Shown here one piece after another: positions 1-8,658 of a stretch of 64,000 nt of DNA; position 1 is the first letter of the stretch, and each line of letters starts with the position of its first letter. The notes below the pieces were generated by a model. That model searched no databases. It had not been told where the DNA came from and saw nothing but the letters and a program-made list of their open reading frames with translations. The position numbers and the translations under genes are program-made. The stretch comes from a virus. The stretch lies in IMG/VR virus record IMGVR_UViG_3300045988_173816, positions 192,001-256,000 of that record. One strand, given 5' to 3'.

Positions 1-1
1 A

Positions 2-1129
2 CCTATTGCTCAATCTCCAAATGAACCAGTTCATACAGTTCCAAATATTGAGGTTCAACCTCAAGGGGAGCAAGAGGGTATAGTTGAACCACTTAGCAGA
101 GTAGTGGATGAAAAAGTAGGGAAACCAGTAACTGTGACTCCTATTGAGAAACCTAAGTCAGACGGAAAACCAACTGTTAAACCTACTGCAACAGATGGTG
201 ATGATAACGCCCCAAGAGCAGGTGGTATTTCTCTAGTAGGTATTATTCAGTCGAATATAAATACTGTTCGAGTATTTAAACGTGGTATTTATTATGATGC
301 GACAAGTATTGCAGGTTATATTTTACGTAATGATGGTGTTGAAGAACTCGAAGTATTTGATGATGTTTTAGTTCCTCAAACTAAACCGAATATAGTTTAT
401 CAACAGAATACTAGTCTTTTATCTACAGCTAAAGATTTAAAGTCTGTACCTAAAGTTCCGTTTGCGATTGGGGAAACTCGCTACTTTACAAAACCGGCTT
501 TACTTGCTTTGAATGAGTCTTGTAAAGAGATTGGCTCTCGTATCGGTATCGGTGAAGCTCTTCCTGTTGTAGTAAGTCAGTTGATGGACTTGCACCCAGA
601 ATTAACTGAGGAGGTGGCGACAGATATTGCAAAAGACTTCAAATTTGCAATTCAAGTTCGTGAAGCAAGAGGTGAGGGTATTCTTGTCCCAGAAAACCCA
701 GAAGGTCTTTTTAGTCGTTTGTCCGTAGCTCTTGGTCTTGCTCTTTCACCAGAGACTTTGAAAGAAGAGGTTGCTCGACAATTATTGAAGAATAAATTAG
801 TAACAGATAAAACTCCAGAAGAGTTATTACTAATGTTGAAAGACCGTCTGAACTTGGCTTTACCTCAAGGTTTGTTACTACCTGTGGATTTGTTTGAAGA
901 GACATTTGAAGTTAAAGGTGCTCATAAAGCGGTTAAAGGTTCCAAAGTAAAACCTGAGTTTGAGCGTGTATTTGGTGTTTATAATGAGTACAACCAACCG
1001 AAGTCAAAACGCACACCAAGAGCGCAAACTCCTAAATCTGACAAAGAAACTAAAGGTTCAACCAAACTAGCGGTATCTTCACAAGTCAATTTGGCGAATT
1101 ACTTTGCACATTATACACAAGGGAAATAA
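2..1129 (+). CDS. hypothetical protein, N-terminus upstream of the window
   Basis: The frame is open from base 2 (no stop before the GTG at 104 used by the ORF track) to TAA 1127-1129. Pro/Lys/Thr-rich linker followed by a globular-looking C-terminal part. A terminator follows. Confidence 0.6.
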   Translation, partial: PIAQSPNEPVHTVPNIEVQPQGEQEGIVEPLSRVVDEKVGKPVTVTPIEKPKSDGKPTVKPTATDGDDNAPRAGGISLVGIIQSNINTVRVFKRGIYYDATSIAGYILRNDGVEELEVFDDVLVPQTKPNIVYQQNTSLLSTAKDLKSVPKVPFAIGETRYFTKPALLALNESCKEIGSRIGIGEALPVVVSQLMDLHPELTEEVATDIAKDFKFAIQVREARGEGILVPENPEGLFSRLSVALGLALSPETLKEEVARQLLKNKLVTDKTPEELLLMLKDRLNLALPQGLLLPVDLFEETFEVKGAHKAVKGSKVKPEFERVFGVYNEYNQPKSKRTPRAQTPKSDKETKGSTKLAVSSQVNLANYFAHYTQGK

Positions 1130-1143
1130 TTTAAACTTAAGGA

Positions 1144-1168
1144 ACGCACCAAAGAGGTGCGTTTTTGT
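1144..1168 (+). terminator. rho-independent terminator
   Basis: Stem ACGCACC/GGTGCGT (1144-1150 / 1156-1162) followed by a T-run. Confidence 0.7.
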
Positions 1169-1202
1169 CTTGTTTAATTTTTAGCTTAAACCCTTATCAT
1201 TA

Positions 1203-1231
1203 TTGACTTTCTTATACATTTATGATATAAT
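1203..1231 (+). promoter_or_regulatory. sigma-A type promoter
   Basis: TTGACT (1203-1208), 17-bp spacer, TATAAT (1226-1231), with a TG extended -10. Confidence 0.6.
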
Positions 1232-1267
1232 AATTTAAAGTAAATAACAGAAAGTGAGGACTATTTT

Positions 1268-2389
1268 ATGGCAAAGAAACCTAAGAAGAAAAAAGCTGGA
1301 AATAAAAACTCCAAAATTGGTATTGTGTATACTCCATTTTCTATGATAAATCGAGTGAATGATTTATCTAAGTTAGAGGGGAAAGCAGAGCGTACACCGT
1401 TTGAGATGCAAACTCATGGTTTGATTACTGCTTTTGAATTTTTACATTTGTGGAAAGATGGCAAAATTGATGCTTCGTCATCTAGTCGTATTGGTTTGCA
1501 ACCGTATTTAGACCATTATGTAGGGGTGGCAGGGAGAATTACAGATGTTCGGAAGAGTAAAGAAGGGGTATCTCTCTTAATTTTAGACCCTTCATTAGTT
1601 GGTACGTTTGGAGTTCGAACCAAAGAAGAGGTGAAGACTTTAATTCAGGATTCTAAAGGGCAAACAAGTAAGAAGTTTCAAGAGTTTTCAACCCAATCTA
1701 TTTTTTCAAGTCATATTTGGTTATTTTTACCAGAAGTAGATGCTTCTTTATGTGATGACTTAGCTTTATATTTAGGTTCAGTGATTACATTTTACGCTAA
1801 GGTTGAGTTATATAAAGGTCGGGTTTCGACTTCGCACTTGAAGAAAGCTCCAAAATATGGTCTAGGTTCGATTATTTTGAATACTGGGTATATGCCTTAT
1901 ATGGTTCAGAAAATGAAAGAGGACAACTTTAAACCAGCTCGTAGTGGTCGTAGGATGCAGATGATGTTTGGTAATTTTAGAGTTGGTTCTACGAAAGATT
2001 TTGATTTACGTTATGCAGTTGGTTTGATTGAAGGTTCTAAGGTAGAACCTTATGTTGATTGGTATATGAAACTTCGAAAATTAAGCCAAAAAGGTCATTG
2101 GAATTGGATTTATAATTACATGATGGATAATGATCCAGAAGTAACAAAGGGTTTGACAAAATATACCAATTTTAAACCTTTAATGTTAAAGAATAAGGCT
2201 TCTTTACCAACTGGTATAGAAGCTCTTAAACGTAGGAAATATTTACGAGATGCTGCAATAGCAGAGGGTTCTATAGATATTTATAGCAAACCAACTGAGG
2301 ACTTTGATATGTTTTGTAATTTCTCAGATTGTGTGGAATATTTAGAAAAGCTAGGCATTAAAGACATTCCTACGGATGATTATATTTAA
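1268..2389 (+). CDS. hypothetical protein with Lys-rich N-terminus
   Basis: ATG preceded by a GTGAGGA RBS. N-terminus MAKKPKKKKAGNK. No family recognised. Confidence 0.7.
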   Translation: MAKKPKKKKAGNKNSKIGIVYTPFSMINRVNDLSKLEGKAERTPFEMQTHGLITAFEFLHLWKDGKIDASSSSRIGLQPYLDHYVGVAGRITDVRKSKEGVSLLILDPSLVGTFGVRTKEEVKTLIQDSKGQTSKKFQEFSTQSIFSSHIWLFLPEVDASLCDDLALYLGSVITFYAKVELYKGRVSTSHLKKAPKYGLGSIILNTGYMPYMVQKMKEDNFKPARSGRRMQMMFGNFRVGSTKDFDLRYAVGLIEGSKVEPYVDWYMKLRKLSQKGHWNWIYNYMMDNDPEVTKGLTKYTNFKPLMLKNKASLPTGIEALKRRKYLRDAAIAEGSIDIYSKPTEDFDMFCNFSDCVEYLEKLGIKDIPTDDYI

Positions 2390-2401
2390 TTAAATTTGAG
2401 T

Positions 2402-2429
2402 GAGATACTTGACAAAGTATCTCATTTTT
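2402..2429 (+). terminator. rho-independent terminator
   Basis: Stem GAGATAC/GTATCTC (2402-2408 / 2417-2423) then TTTTT. Confidence 0.65.
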
Positions 2430-2437
2430 GGTATAAT
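2409..2437 (+). promoter_or_regulatory. sigma-A type promoter overlapping the terminator loop
   Basis: TTGACA (2409-2414), 17 bp, TATAAT (2432-2437). Confidence 0.6.
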
Positions 2438-2473
2438 TAAAACAGTTAATCGGAAATAATTGGAGGACTAAAA

Positions 2474-3184
2474 ATGCACAATATCGTTTATATGACTGAG
2501 AATCAAGAACGTAGCACTCAGTTAGAAGTAGAGAGTAACTTAGCGAGTTTGTTTAGAGAACGTGTTGAAACGAAAGGAAAACAAGTTCGTTCATTCTGTC
2601 GTAATATTGCCCTTTGGGGAACCCTTGCGGTATCTACATGGTTTTTAGCAGATATGGGGTTTAAAGTTTATCAACAGCAATTACTAGAGTCTACTTATAT
2701 GGTGAGATTTTTGGTTTCTGCGTTGAATTTACTAGTTTTCTTAGGTGGGTTTGCTATTTTTTATACTGTTCTTTATCATGTAAGTCGCACAGTTGTAGGG
2801 TATAGTTTGTTTAGCAAAGGGGAGTATTATGAGCGTAAGGACTCGACTTACTTACCTTTGTTTGATAAAATTGAGCGTGGGTACTATACCGATATGTATT
2901 TCCAGTCGAATGGTTACATTTCTAAGGTTTCTGTACCAAATCATTACGCACAACGTTTTGACTTAGGTGCAAGTGTACCGGTAGATGTAGCGATTTTAAT
3001 GTACAAACAATCAGGTAGAGTTCGTTTGGTAACAAATTGCGTTGGTTCACGTGCTAACAATGAACAAGAGTTTCAAGAAACTTTGTGGAGACATAATGGC
3101 AACTTAAAAGCTCCACAATCCATGTATCAACAAGCAGTATCAGGCTCGGTATCCTCTACTCAAAAACAAATTGGATGGAAATAA
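2474..3184 (+). CDS. membrane protein (2 predicted TM helices), function unknown
   Basis: GGAGGA RBS. Hydrophobic stretches IALWGTLAVSTWFLADMGF and FLVSALNLLVFLGGFAIFYTVLY. Confidence 0.7.
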   Translation: MHNIVYMTENQERSTQLEVESNLASLFRERVETKGKQVRSFCRNIALWGTLAVSTWFLADMGFKVYQQQLLESTYMVRFLVSALNLLVFLGGFAIFYTVLYHVSRTVVGYSLFSKGEYYERKDSTYLPLFDKIERGYYTDMYFQSNGYISKVSVPNHYAQRFDLGASVPVDVAILMYKQSGRVRLVTNCVGSRANNEQEFQETLWRHNGNLKAPQSMYQQAVSGSVSSTQKQIGWK

Positions 3185-3193
3185 AATTTTATA

Positions 3194-3222
3194 TTGCATT
3201 TGCTAAACTTTTATGATAAAAT
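3194..3222 (+). promoter_or_regulatory. sigma-A type promoter driving a short non-coding transcript
   Basis: TTGCAT (3194-3199), 17 bp, TAAAAT (3217-3222), with a TG extended -10. Confidence 0.5.
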
Positions 3223-3228
3223 ATTAGC

Positions 3229-3301
3229 GTACTCAAATGAGTACCTAATCGTCTAAACTGCGGGAGAATAGTGGGGTTTACCTACTATTTTCTTTTCTTT
3301 T
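3229..3301 (+). ncRNA. candidate small RNA (about 70 nt) between its own promoter and terminator
   Basis: Hairpin GTACTC-AAAT-GAGTAC (3229-3244). Second hairpin AATAGTGGG/CCTACTATT (3267-3289) followed by a T-rich run. No ORF. A separate promoter for the next gene follows. Confidence 0.35.
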
Positions 3302-3330
3302 GTTTAGATTACTTTATTTGCTCCAAAATC

Positions 3331-3359
3331 TTGCTATTTACCTTAATTTGTGATATAAT
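3331..3359 (+). promoter_or_regulatory. sigma-A type promoter
   Basis: TTGCTA (3331-3336), 17 bp, TATAAT (3354-3359). Confidence 0.55.
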
Positions 3360-3387
3360 AAAGAAAATTAGAAACGAGGATTTTCAA

Positions 3388-4005
3388 ATGGATTTATTAA
3401 ATGCACGTCCTTACCCAGTAGGTAAGCAAACAACTTTGTTTTACATTGATGAACATTACAAAGTTCAACCTTTTACATTAACAAAAGAAATGGTCGAAAG
3501 TGGTTCTGTAAAACTCCCTCGCTTACCTTATGACAAAGCAGACTATGAGCTATTTATCAAAGACGGACAAGTATTCACAGACCATTTTGATGGAGTTATT
3601 GTTACTTACACAGAAAAAGAGACTGGTGAGGTTCATGAACCTTTTGCTTGTGGTTTTCTATCTTGGGGGTTGAGAGACATTTTCCCTAAACTCGGCAAGA
3701 TTTTGAGAGACAAGATTAAGCAAGAAAATAAAGAGCGGTATCCTCTCATTCGTTTTGTAGATGCGAAGAATTCTGAGGTCTTGACTGAGTTCCCTTATGA
3801 GAACTACTACAAAGAGAATTTTGCTTTAAATGAAATGGGCAAATATATTGAAAAAGGTCACTCAGATATTTTAGTTCAAGCTTACGATAACGAAACAGAC
3901 GGGTGGATTTCATTTGAATTGAGACGTTTGAATTATTGGAAAGCTCTAGATGATACAAAAGCGCAAGTACAAGAAGAAGTACAACGTTGGAAAGAAGACT
4001 TGTAA
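3388..4005 (+). CDS. hypothetical protein
   Basis: The internal ATG at 3388 (MDLLNARPY...) lies downstream of the 3331-3359 promoter and an ACGAGGA RBS. The track's start at 3271 would run through the terminator and promoter. Confidence 0.65.
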   Translation: MDLLNARPYPVGKQTTLFYIDEHYKVQPFTLTKEMVESGSVKLPRLPYDKADYELFIKDGQVFTDHFDGVIVTYTEKETGEVHEPFACGFLSWGLRDIFPKLGKILRDKIKQENKERYPLIRFVDAKNSEVLTEFPYENYYKENFALNEMGKYIEKGHSDILVQAYDNETDGWISFELRRLNYWKALDDTKAQVQEEVQRWKEDL

Positions 4006-4006
4006 A

Positions 4007-5323
4007 ATGGCAGAGAATTTTGCAACGAAATATAGGTCAAAAGATGTAGACCGCTATATTGGGAATGAATTGGCAGTTCAAAAGTTGCTAAATCGTTTCT
4101 CTTCAAAAGATGGTGAAGACTATCCAGCTTGTGTGATGATTTCAGGAGCAAGTGGGTGTGGGAAAACAACAATGGCTCGTATGTCTACGAAGTTGGTGTT
4201 GTGTGAAAATAAGCAACTTCGTAAGTGGAAGAACAGAGAGTACTTATTGCCTTGTAACCAATGTAAGATGTGTCAAGACTTAAATGAGTATATTGAGACG
4301 GCAGATGCTACTAAACTTTTCTCAGTAAAAGAATTAGACTCTTCTAAAACAGGGAATGTAGATGCAGTACGACAATTTGTAGAGTCTGCTTCTATGCCTA
4401 AACTCTTTGCAGGCTATTCTATTTTTATCTTTGACGAGTGTCATTTGATTTCTAAGATGGGTCAAGAAAGCATGTTGAAGTTTACTGAGGATGCTCCTCC
4501 TAAGTCTATCTTTTTCTTCTGTACAACAGACCCTCAAAAAATGTTAGAACCTTTGACAACTCGAATGGACTTGAAGATTGAGATTGAACTTCCAAGTGTC
4601 GCAGATAATGTGGAACTTATGAAATGGGTATCGACTGAGGAAGGTTTTGCTTTTGACAAACCAGCTTTAGAGTTAATTGCAGTTCGTTCAAATTGCGTCT
4701 TTCGTCAGTCATTGAAACAACTTGAGAATGTTTACCGTTCTTATGGTTCTGTACGTTATGATGATGTTGTTAAGGTTCTTGATGTAAATAAGCATAGAGG
4801 TTTATACTTTGACTTCTTAGATTTTCTAAGAACAAAGAACACGGTTCTTTATACAAAGACCGTACACACTGCTATGTTGGAAGTAGGGTTGAAGAATTTT
4901 GTTGAAGGTTTGAGAGAGTTTGTTAAACGGGGTCTTTACATTTCGTTAGGTCTTCATGTACTTGGTATAACAAAAGATGAGATTAAGTTATATAAAGACT
5001 TATTTGACAAGTTCAACAATGAAGAGATTTTGGCTTTGCTAGAGTTTTTGAATAACTTAGGTAGAGGTGATATAGAAACTCAACTGCTTTTATTGGGGTA
5101 TCGAGGTCTTTTAGCATCTCAACCTTCTCCTTCTTCTGTTTCTTCTGTAGGAGTTGAAGTCAATGAAATTAAAGGAAATGAGCGTGTGTTGGAAAGCAAA
5201 CAAATGTCTCAAAAGCATAAGGAAGATAAAGCAGCACACCATGAAAATACGGTTGTAAAAGCGCAGTTAGATTTAAAACCTATGTCTACTGATCAAATGG
5301 CAGATATGTTTGAAAGTTTATAA
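4007..5323 (+). CDS. AAA+ clamp-loader subunit, DNA polymerase III gamma/tau (DnaX)-like
   Basis: KYRSKDVDRYIGNE N-terminal box. Walker A GASGCGKTT. Cys cluster CNQCKMC. Walker B IFIFDECH. Sensor FFFCTT and LTTR. The ATG at 4007 sits 1 nt after the preceding stop. Confidence 0.8.
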   Translation: MAENFATKYRSKDVDRYIGNELAVQKLLNRFSSKDGEDYPACVMISGASGCGKTTMARMSTKLVLCENKQLRKWKNREYLLPCNQCKMCQDLNEYIETADATKLFSVKELDSSKTGNVDAVRQFVESASMPKLFAGYSIFIFDECHLISKMGQESMLKFTEDAPPKSIFFFCTTDPQKMLEPLTTRMDLKIEIELPSVADNVELMKWVSTEEGFAFDKPALELIAVRSNCVFRQSLKQLENVYRSYGSVRYDDVVKVLDVNKHRGLYFDFLDFLRTKNTVLYTKTVHTAMLEVGLKNFVEGLREFVKRGLYISLGLHVLGITKDEIKLYKDLFDKFNNEEILALLEFLNNLGRGDIETQLLLLGYRGLLASQPSPSSVSSVGVEVNEIKGNERVLESKQMSQKHKEDKAAHHENTVVKAQLDLKPMSTDQMADMFESL

Positions 5324-5349
5324 ACAATACAATAAAGTGAGGTACTTTT

Positions 5350-5616
5350 ATGTTAGAAAAAGTTTTAAAGCGCAGAGTTACGAAAGACTTTGCTGAGACG
5401 TATGAGGTTGTTCCTAGTCGGAACGGTTTTAGAGAATTTTATATTCTCTTTCCATGGGAAGAGCAAGACCCACTTATCGGTGATTACTTCACCTTAGTGA
5501 ACAAATTAGAGGAACAAAACATTTTATTTAGTGTCTACCCTATGCCTTCAGATAGACCTGAGGTCAAAGAACGCTTTTTGAAACATAGTCCGATTATTCG
5601 TGAGGTTATTTTATGA
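5350..5616 (+). CDS. 88-aa protein, paralog A of a duplicated pair
   Basis: GTGAGG RBS. Clearly homologous along its full length to the 6087-6353 product (MLEKVLKRRVTKDFAETYE...VYPMPSDRPE). Confidence 0.7.
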   Translation: MLEKVLKRRVTKDFAETYEVVPSRNGFREFYILFPWEEQDPLIGDYFTLVNKLEEQNILFSVYPMPSDRPEVKERFLKHSPIIREVIL

Positions 5617-6050
5617 TAAATTTAGCAGAATTTCCTTCTTTGGGTTTAACTGATCTTGCAGTAAATGATTTAGCTTTGTTTTATGAGTTGGTTGATAATA
5701 AACTACTATTAAGAGTAAATCTATACTGGCTTTTGGAAATACAGGTTAAGAAATTAAATTCTGTTTATTTTCCTAATAAATTTAAGTCCTCTAAAGGTTC
5801 ACATAATGTTGTTGGTTCTATTTACTTGTTTAAGGATGTTGTACCTAACTTAGCAGAATTTATCCGTAGGTTAGATGTTGAGGAAAGTAACTTTCACGGT
5901 CGTTTGCAGGCTATACAAACTTTCAATTATGTCTCTGCAAGGTATTCTAGTGCATTAGAAGTGTTTCGAGCAGATTTACCCTTAGTTGAAGATTTATTCG
6001 AACTTTATTGGATTCTATCCAACCACCTAAGACAGTTAGGTTTTAGTTAA
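5613..6050 (+). CDS. hypothetical protein
   Basis: ATGA start/stop overlap with the upstream gene. No family recognised. Confidence 0.6.
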   Translation: MINLAEFPSLGLTDLAVNDLALFYELVDNKLLLRVNLYWLLEIQVKKLNSVYFPNKFKSSKGSHNVVGSIYLFKDVVPNLAEFIRRLDVEESNFHGRLQAIQTFNYVSARYSSALEVFRADLPLVEDLFELYWILSNHLRQLGFS

Positions 6051-6086
6051 TTGAGTATTTACTAGAGTAGATGTGAGGGTGATTTT

Positions 6087-6353
6087 GTGTTAGAAAAAGT
6101 GTTGAAACGTAGAGTCACTAAGGACTTTGCTGAGACTTATGAGGCAGTCTCTTATAAAAAGGGGTATCGAGAGTTTTATATTGTCTACCCTATTGAGAAA
6201 GATGACCCTTTGTTGGTTGATTACTTTGACTTAGTGGATAGATTAGAAAAGAAACATATTATCTTTAGCGTTTATCCGATGCCTTCAGATAGACCAGAAA
6301 TTAAAGAACAGTTTTTAGCTAACAATCCAATAATCAAAGAAGTTATTTTATAA
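6087..6353 (+). CDS. 88-aa protein, paralog B of a duplicated pair
   Basis: GTG start after a GTGAGGG RBS. Paralog of the 5350-5616 product. Confidence 0.7.
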   Translation: MLEKVLKRRVTKDFAETYEAVSYKKGYREFYIVYPIEKDDPLLVDYFDLVDRLEKKHIIFSVYPMPSDRPEIKEQFLANNPIIKEVIL

Positions 6354-6370
6354 AGAAAGCGAGAAAATAA

Positions 6371-6643
6371 ATGTCAAAAGAAGTTGTAGTATTTACAAAA
6401 CGCCCAGAAGATGGTGTTTGTCCTGGGTGTAAAATGTTGAAGCGTAAATTAGACGCAGAGGGTATCCCGTACAAGGAAATTCCTTACGACCCAAGCAATG
6501 AAGAACATGTTAGCATTGTTAAGGGTGCTAAATTTAGCGCACTTCCAGTAACTTTCCCAAATGGTTTGGAAGATCCTTCTTCTGCCTTTAGTGGATTCGC
6601 ACCTAATAAGGTAGCAGAAATCAAGCGTAGCTTGGCTTTATAA
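6371..6643 (+). CDS. glutaredoxin-like / NrdH-like redoxin
   Basis: VVVFTKRPEDGVCPGCKMLKRKLDAEGIPYKEI: thioredoxin-fold start with a CPGC redox motif, about 90 aa. Confidence 0.6.
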   Translation: MSKEVVVFTKRPEDGVCPGCKMLKRKLDAEGIPYKEIPYDPSNEEHVSIVKGAKFSALPVTFPNGLEDPSSAFSGFAPNKVAEIKRSLAL

Positions 6644-6650
6644 CAAATGG

Positions 6651-6682
6651 CAAGAGGAGTTAGTATGCTTCTCTTGTTTTTT
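6651..6682 (+). terminator. rho-independent terminator
   Basis: Stem CAAGAGGAG/GCTTCTCTTG followed by TTTTTT. Confidence 0.7.
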
Positions 6683-6694
6683 GTGAAGAAATGC

Positions 6695-6723
6695 TTGTCA
6701 AGTAAAACGATTTTTGGTAAAAT
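6695..6723 (+). promoter_or_regulatory. sigma-A type promoter
   Basis: TTGTCA (6695-6700), 17 bp, TAAAAT (6718-6723). Confidence 0.55.
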
Positions 6724-6754
6724 AAATAAAATGATGAGAAAGTAGGTACAAGTT

Positions 6755-7690
6755 TTGGGGAGAATTTCAGAGTTAGTCCTAAATACTCAGTTTAAGGGAA
6801 GAAGGTTTGCATTAGAGAGTATTGTCTTTCTGAATACGTTAGCTCTACTTCCTACAACTGCTTTTGCAAATACAGATTCATTAGGTGGGGTACCCGAAAC
6901 TTCCTCTTCGGTATCCGATGCAGTTGACACAACAAATACAATTACAAGAGAACAAGCCAATAACATTTTACAAAATGTTCGAGATGCAATTCCGGATGCT
7001 TCTAAAGATTCAGCTTTGGAGCATATTAACAAAGCAGTAAATACAAGCCGAGACTCAAGCTTTGATACAGCTATGCAGGCTTTGGCTCCAGTTGGTTATG
7101 GGTTGATGTTCTTAGCTAACTTCTTGTGGGGTTTGGCTACATTTGGTTATTTTTTCCAAACTTCGGTTGATGTTTTGTGTTTGGTATGGTCGGGTCCCCG
7201 CGAGTATTTCATGAACAAACCTCAGAGCCAAGATCAAGGGTTTAGTTTGAAAGGTTTCATTGGTTCTTTCTTCACTTTATCTTATGATGCTCGTCAAATT
7301 ATTGAGAGTGCAGGGTTAAGTACAGGTTCTCAACAAATGCAAGGTGCTGGTGGCATGGGTATGAATCGTGGTGGCATGGGAATGGGCGCTTCAATGGGTT
7401 CCCCTATGGGTGGCATGGGTTCTCCGATGGGGATGAATCGTGGTATGGGCATGGGTGGAATGAACCAAGGGATGCAGAATAAACCTATGGTTTCAACAGG
7501 TAACTTATTGAGTCGTTATGTGTCACTTCACATGAAAACTTTGGTTGCTTTAGGTGTTGCCTTTGTTATTTTTGGAACTTCGTTTGCAACTGAGTTCCAA
7601 GGTCAAGCGGTATCTTTGATTATTGCTTTGATTAAAGGTGCTTGGAATTTGATTTGGCAATTCTTCCAATTTATTTCAGGTAATAGCTAA
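6755..7690 (+). CDS. secreted/membrane protein with Gly-Met-rich repeat; member of a 3-paralog family
   Basis: Signal-like N-terminus (...LALLPTTAFA). TM hairpin. GMGMNRGGMGMGASMGSPMGGMGSPMGMNRGMGMGGMNQGMQ low-complexity region. C-terminal TM helices. Same architecture as 11988-12893 and 12916-13788. Confidence 0.6.
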   Translation: MGRISELVLNTQFKGRRFALESIVFLNTLALLPTTAFANTDSLGGVPETSSSVSDAVDTTNTITREQANNILQNVRDAIPDASKDSALEHINKAVNTSRDSSFDTAMQALAPVGYGLMFLANFLWGLATFGYFFQTSVDVLCLVWSGPREYFMNKPQSQDQGFSLKGFIGSFFTLSYDARQIIESAGLSTGSQQMQGAGGMGMNRGGMGMGASMGSPMGGMGSPMGMNRGMGMGGMNQGMQNKPMVSTGNLLSRYVSLHMKTLVALGVAFVIFGTSFATEFQGQAVSLIIALIKGAWNLIWQFFQFISGNS

Positions 7691-7701
7691 GAGGTAAAAT
7701 T

Positions 7702-7998
7702 ATGGCATTCTTAGACTTAAAAGTTTTCAATAACTTGAAGAATAAAGGTGATGCTAGGTATAGCAGTCACCACGTCCACTTAATGAAACGAAGACTTGAA
7801 GCTGATTTATTGGAGTTAGCAGAGAAGACTTTAAAAGGTCGTGTGACTCATTGTTGTGTTGAGGTTTCTGAGAGAGACTTACCTTTAATGTTAGAGGTTC
7901 TATCGAGTAGTAAGATTCAGTCTCGGTTGCAGTTTCAACAATTAGAAGTACCTACTCAGTTTTTAATTGGCTTTAGAAGTTTGGATGTTTTTAGTTAA
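7702..7998 (+). CDS. hypothetical protein
   Basis: AGAGG RBS. No family recognised. Confidence 0.55.
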   Translation: MAFLDLKVFNNLKNKGDARYSSHHVHLMKRRLEADLLELAEKTLKGRVTHCCVEVSERDLPLMLEVLSSSKIQSRLQFQQLEVPTQFLIGFRSLDVFS

Positions 7999-8028
7999 GT
8001 TTAGTAGTTTAGATGATTGAGGTATTGT

Positions 8029-8511
8029 ATGGGTGCAAAAACTCGATTACCTTATGTTGAGGTGATTCGTGAAGTTAGTAAACAATTACACTTGAAGTAT
8101 GAAACAGTTGAAAACATTGTTTCCTACTATCGAGAAGTTTGCTTTGATTCAATTACCAAAGGGTATTCTTTCGATGTGTTTGAGGGTTTATTTCTAAAGG
8201 TAACAAGTCAAGATGAGCAAACTCGCAAGGTTTTACCTCAGACTTATTTGTTAAAACGTGTGAGTGAGTCTTTAGATTTATCGCTCACAGTTGTGCAGTC
8301 GGTACTACAAAAGTTCCAAGAGTTAACTTATCAAGAAGTTGCAAAAGGTTCAGCGGTATCCTACATCAACTTAGTTTCTTTTAACCCAAGAGCTACTAGG
8401 TCTTGGAATAAAGTGAAGGTTGGTTCAGCAGTTTTAACACTTAAGAAAGAGGTTGGAGTACAAGTTCGCTTGGTGTGTACTAAGGAATTTAAAGAATTGG
8501 TGGGTAAATAG
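8029..8511 (+). CDS. possible tandem HU/IHF-like DNA-binding protein
   Basis: ATG at 8029 after a GAGG RBS. Two consecutive segments with an HU-like pattern: EVIREVSKQLHLKYETVENIV...ITKGYSFDVFEGLFLKV and LLKRVSESLDLSLTVVQSVL...VAKGSAVSYINLVSFNP. Confidence 0.4.
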   Translation: MGAKTRLPYVEVIREVSKQLHLKYETVENIVSYYREVCFDSITKGYSFDVFEGLFLKVTSQDEQTRKVLPQTYLLKRVSESLDLSLTVVQSVLQKFQELTYQEVAKGSAVSYINLVSFNPRATRSWNKVKVGSAVLTLKKEVGVQVRLVCTKEFKELVGK

Positions 8512-8514
8512 CCA

Positions 8515-8658
8515 ATGGAAGGTAAAACTCACAGATTAGGTGGTACGGTGTGTGCAATGGCGGGTTTCATAACCTTGAAGGACTCAGGTTACTTGATTCA
8601 GAGTGATTTGATTTCTCCAGCGTTACAGTTTCTAGTCATTTACACAGCGGGGATTTAT
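8515..8658 (+). CDS. YdjM/DUF457-family membrane hydrolase, exon 1 (interrupted by an IStron)
   Basis: MEGKTHRLGGTVCAMAGFI... is the typical family N-terminus. As read, the frame hits TAA at 8662-8664, just inside the insert. Confidence 0.75.

Noticed and set aside
3271-3387. N-terminal extension of the track ORF 3271-4005
   Set aside because: The extension would be translated through a terminator T-run and the 3331-3359 promoter. The ATG at 3388 has an RBS and lies downstream of that promoter.
4007-5323. Programmed frameshift site in the DnaX-like gene
   Set aside because: No A-AAA-AAG type slippery heptamer with a downstream structure was seen, only a CAAAAAA run near 4535. There is no evidence for a shorter gamma product.
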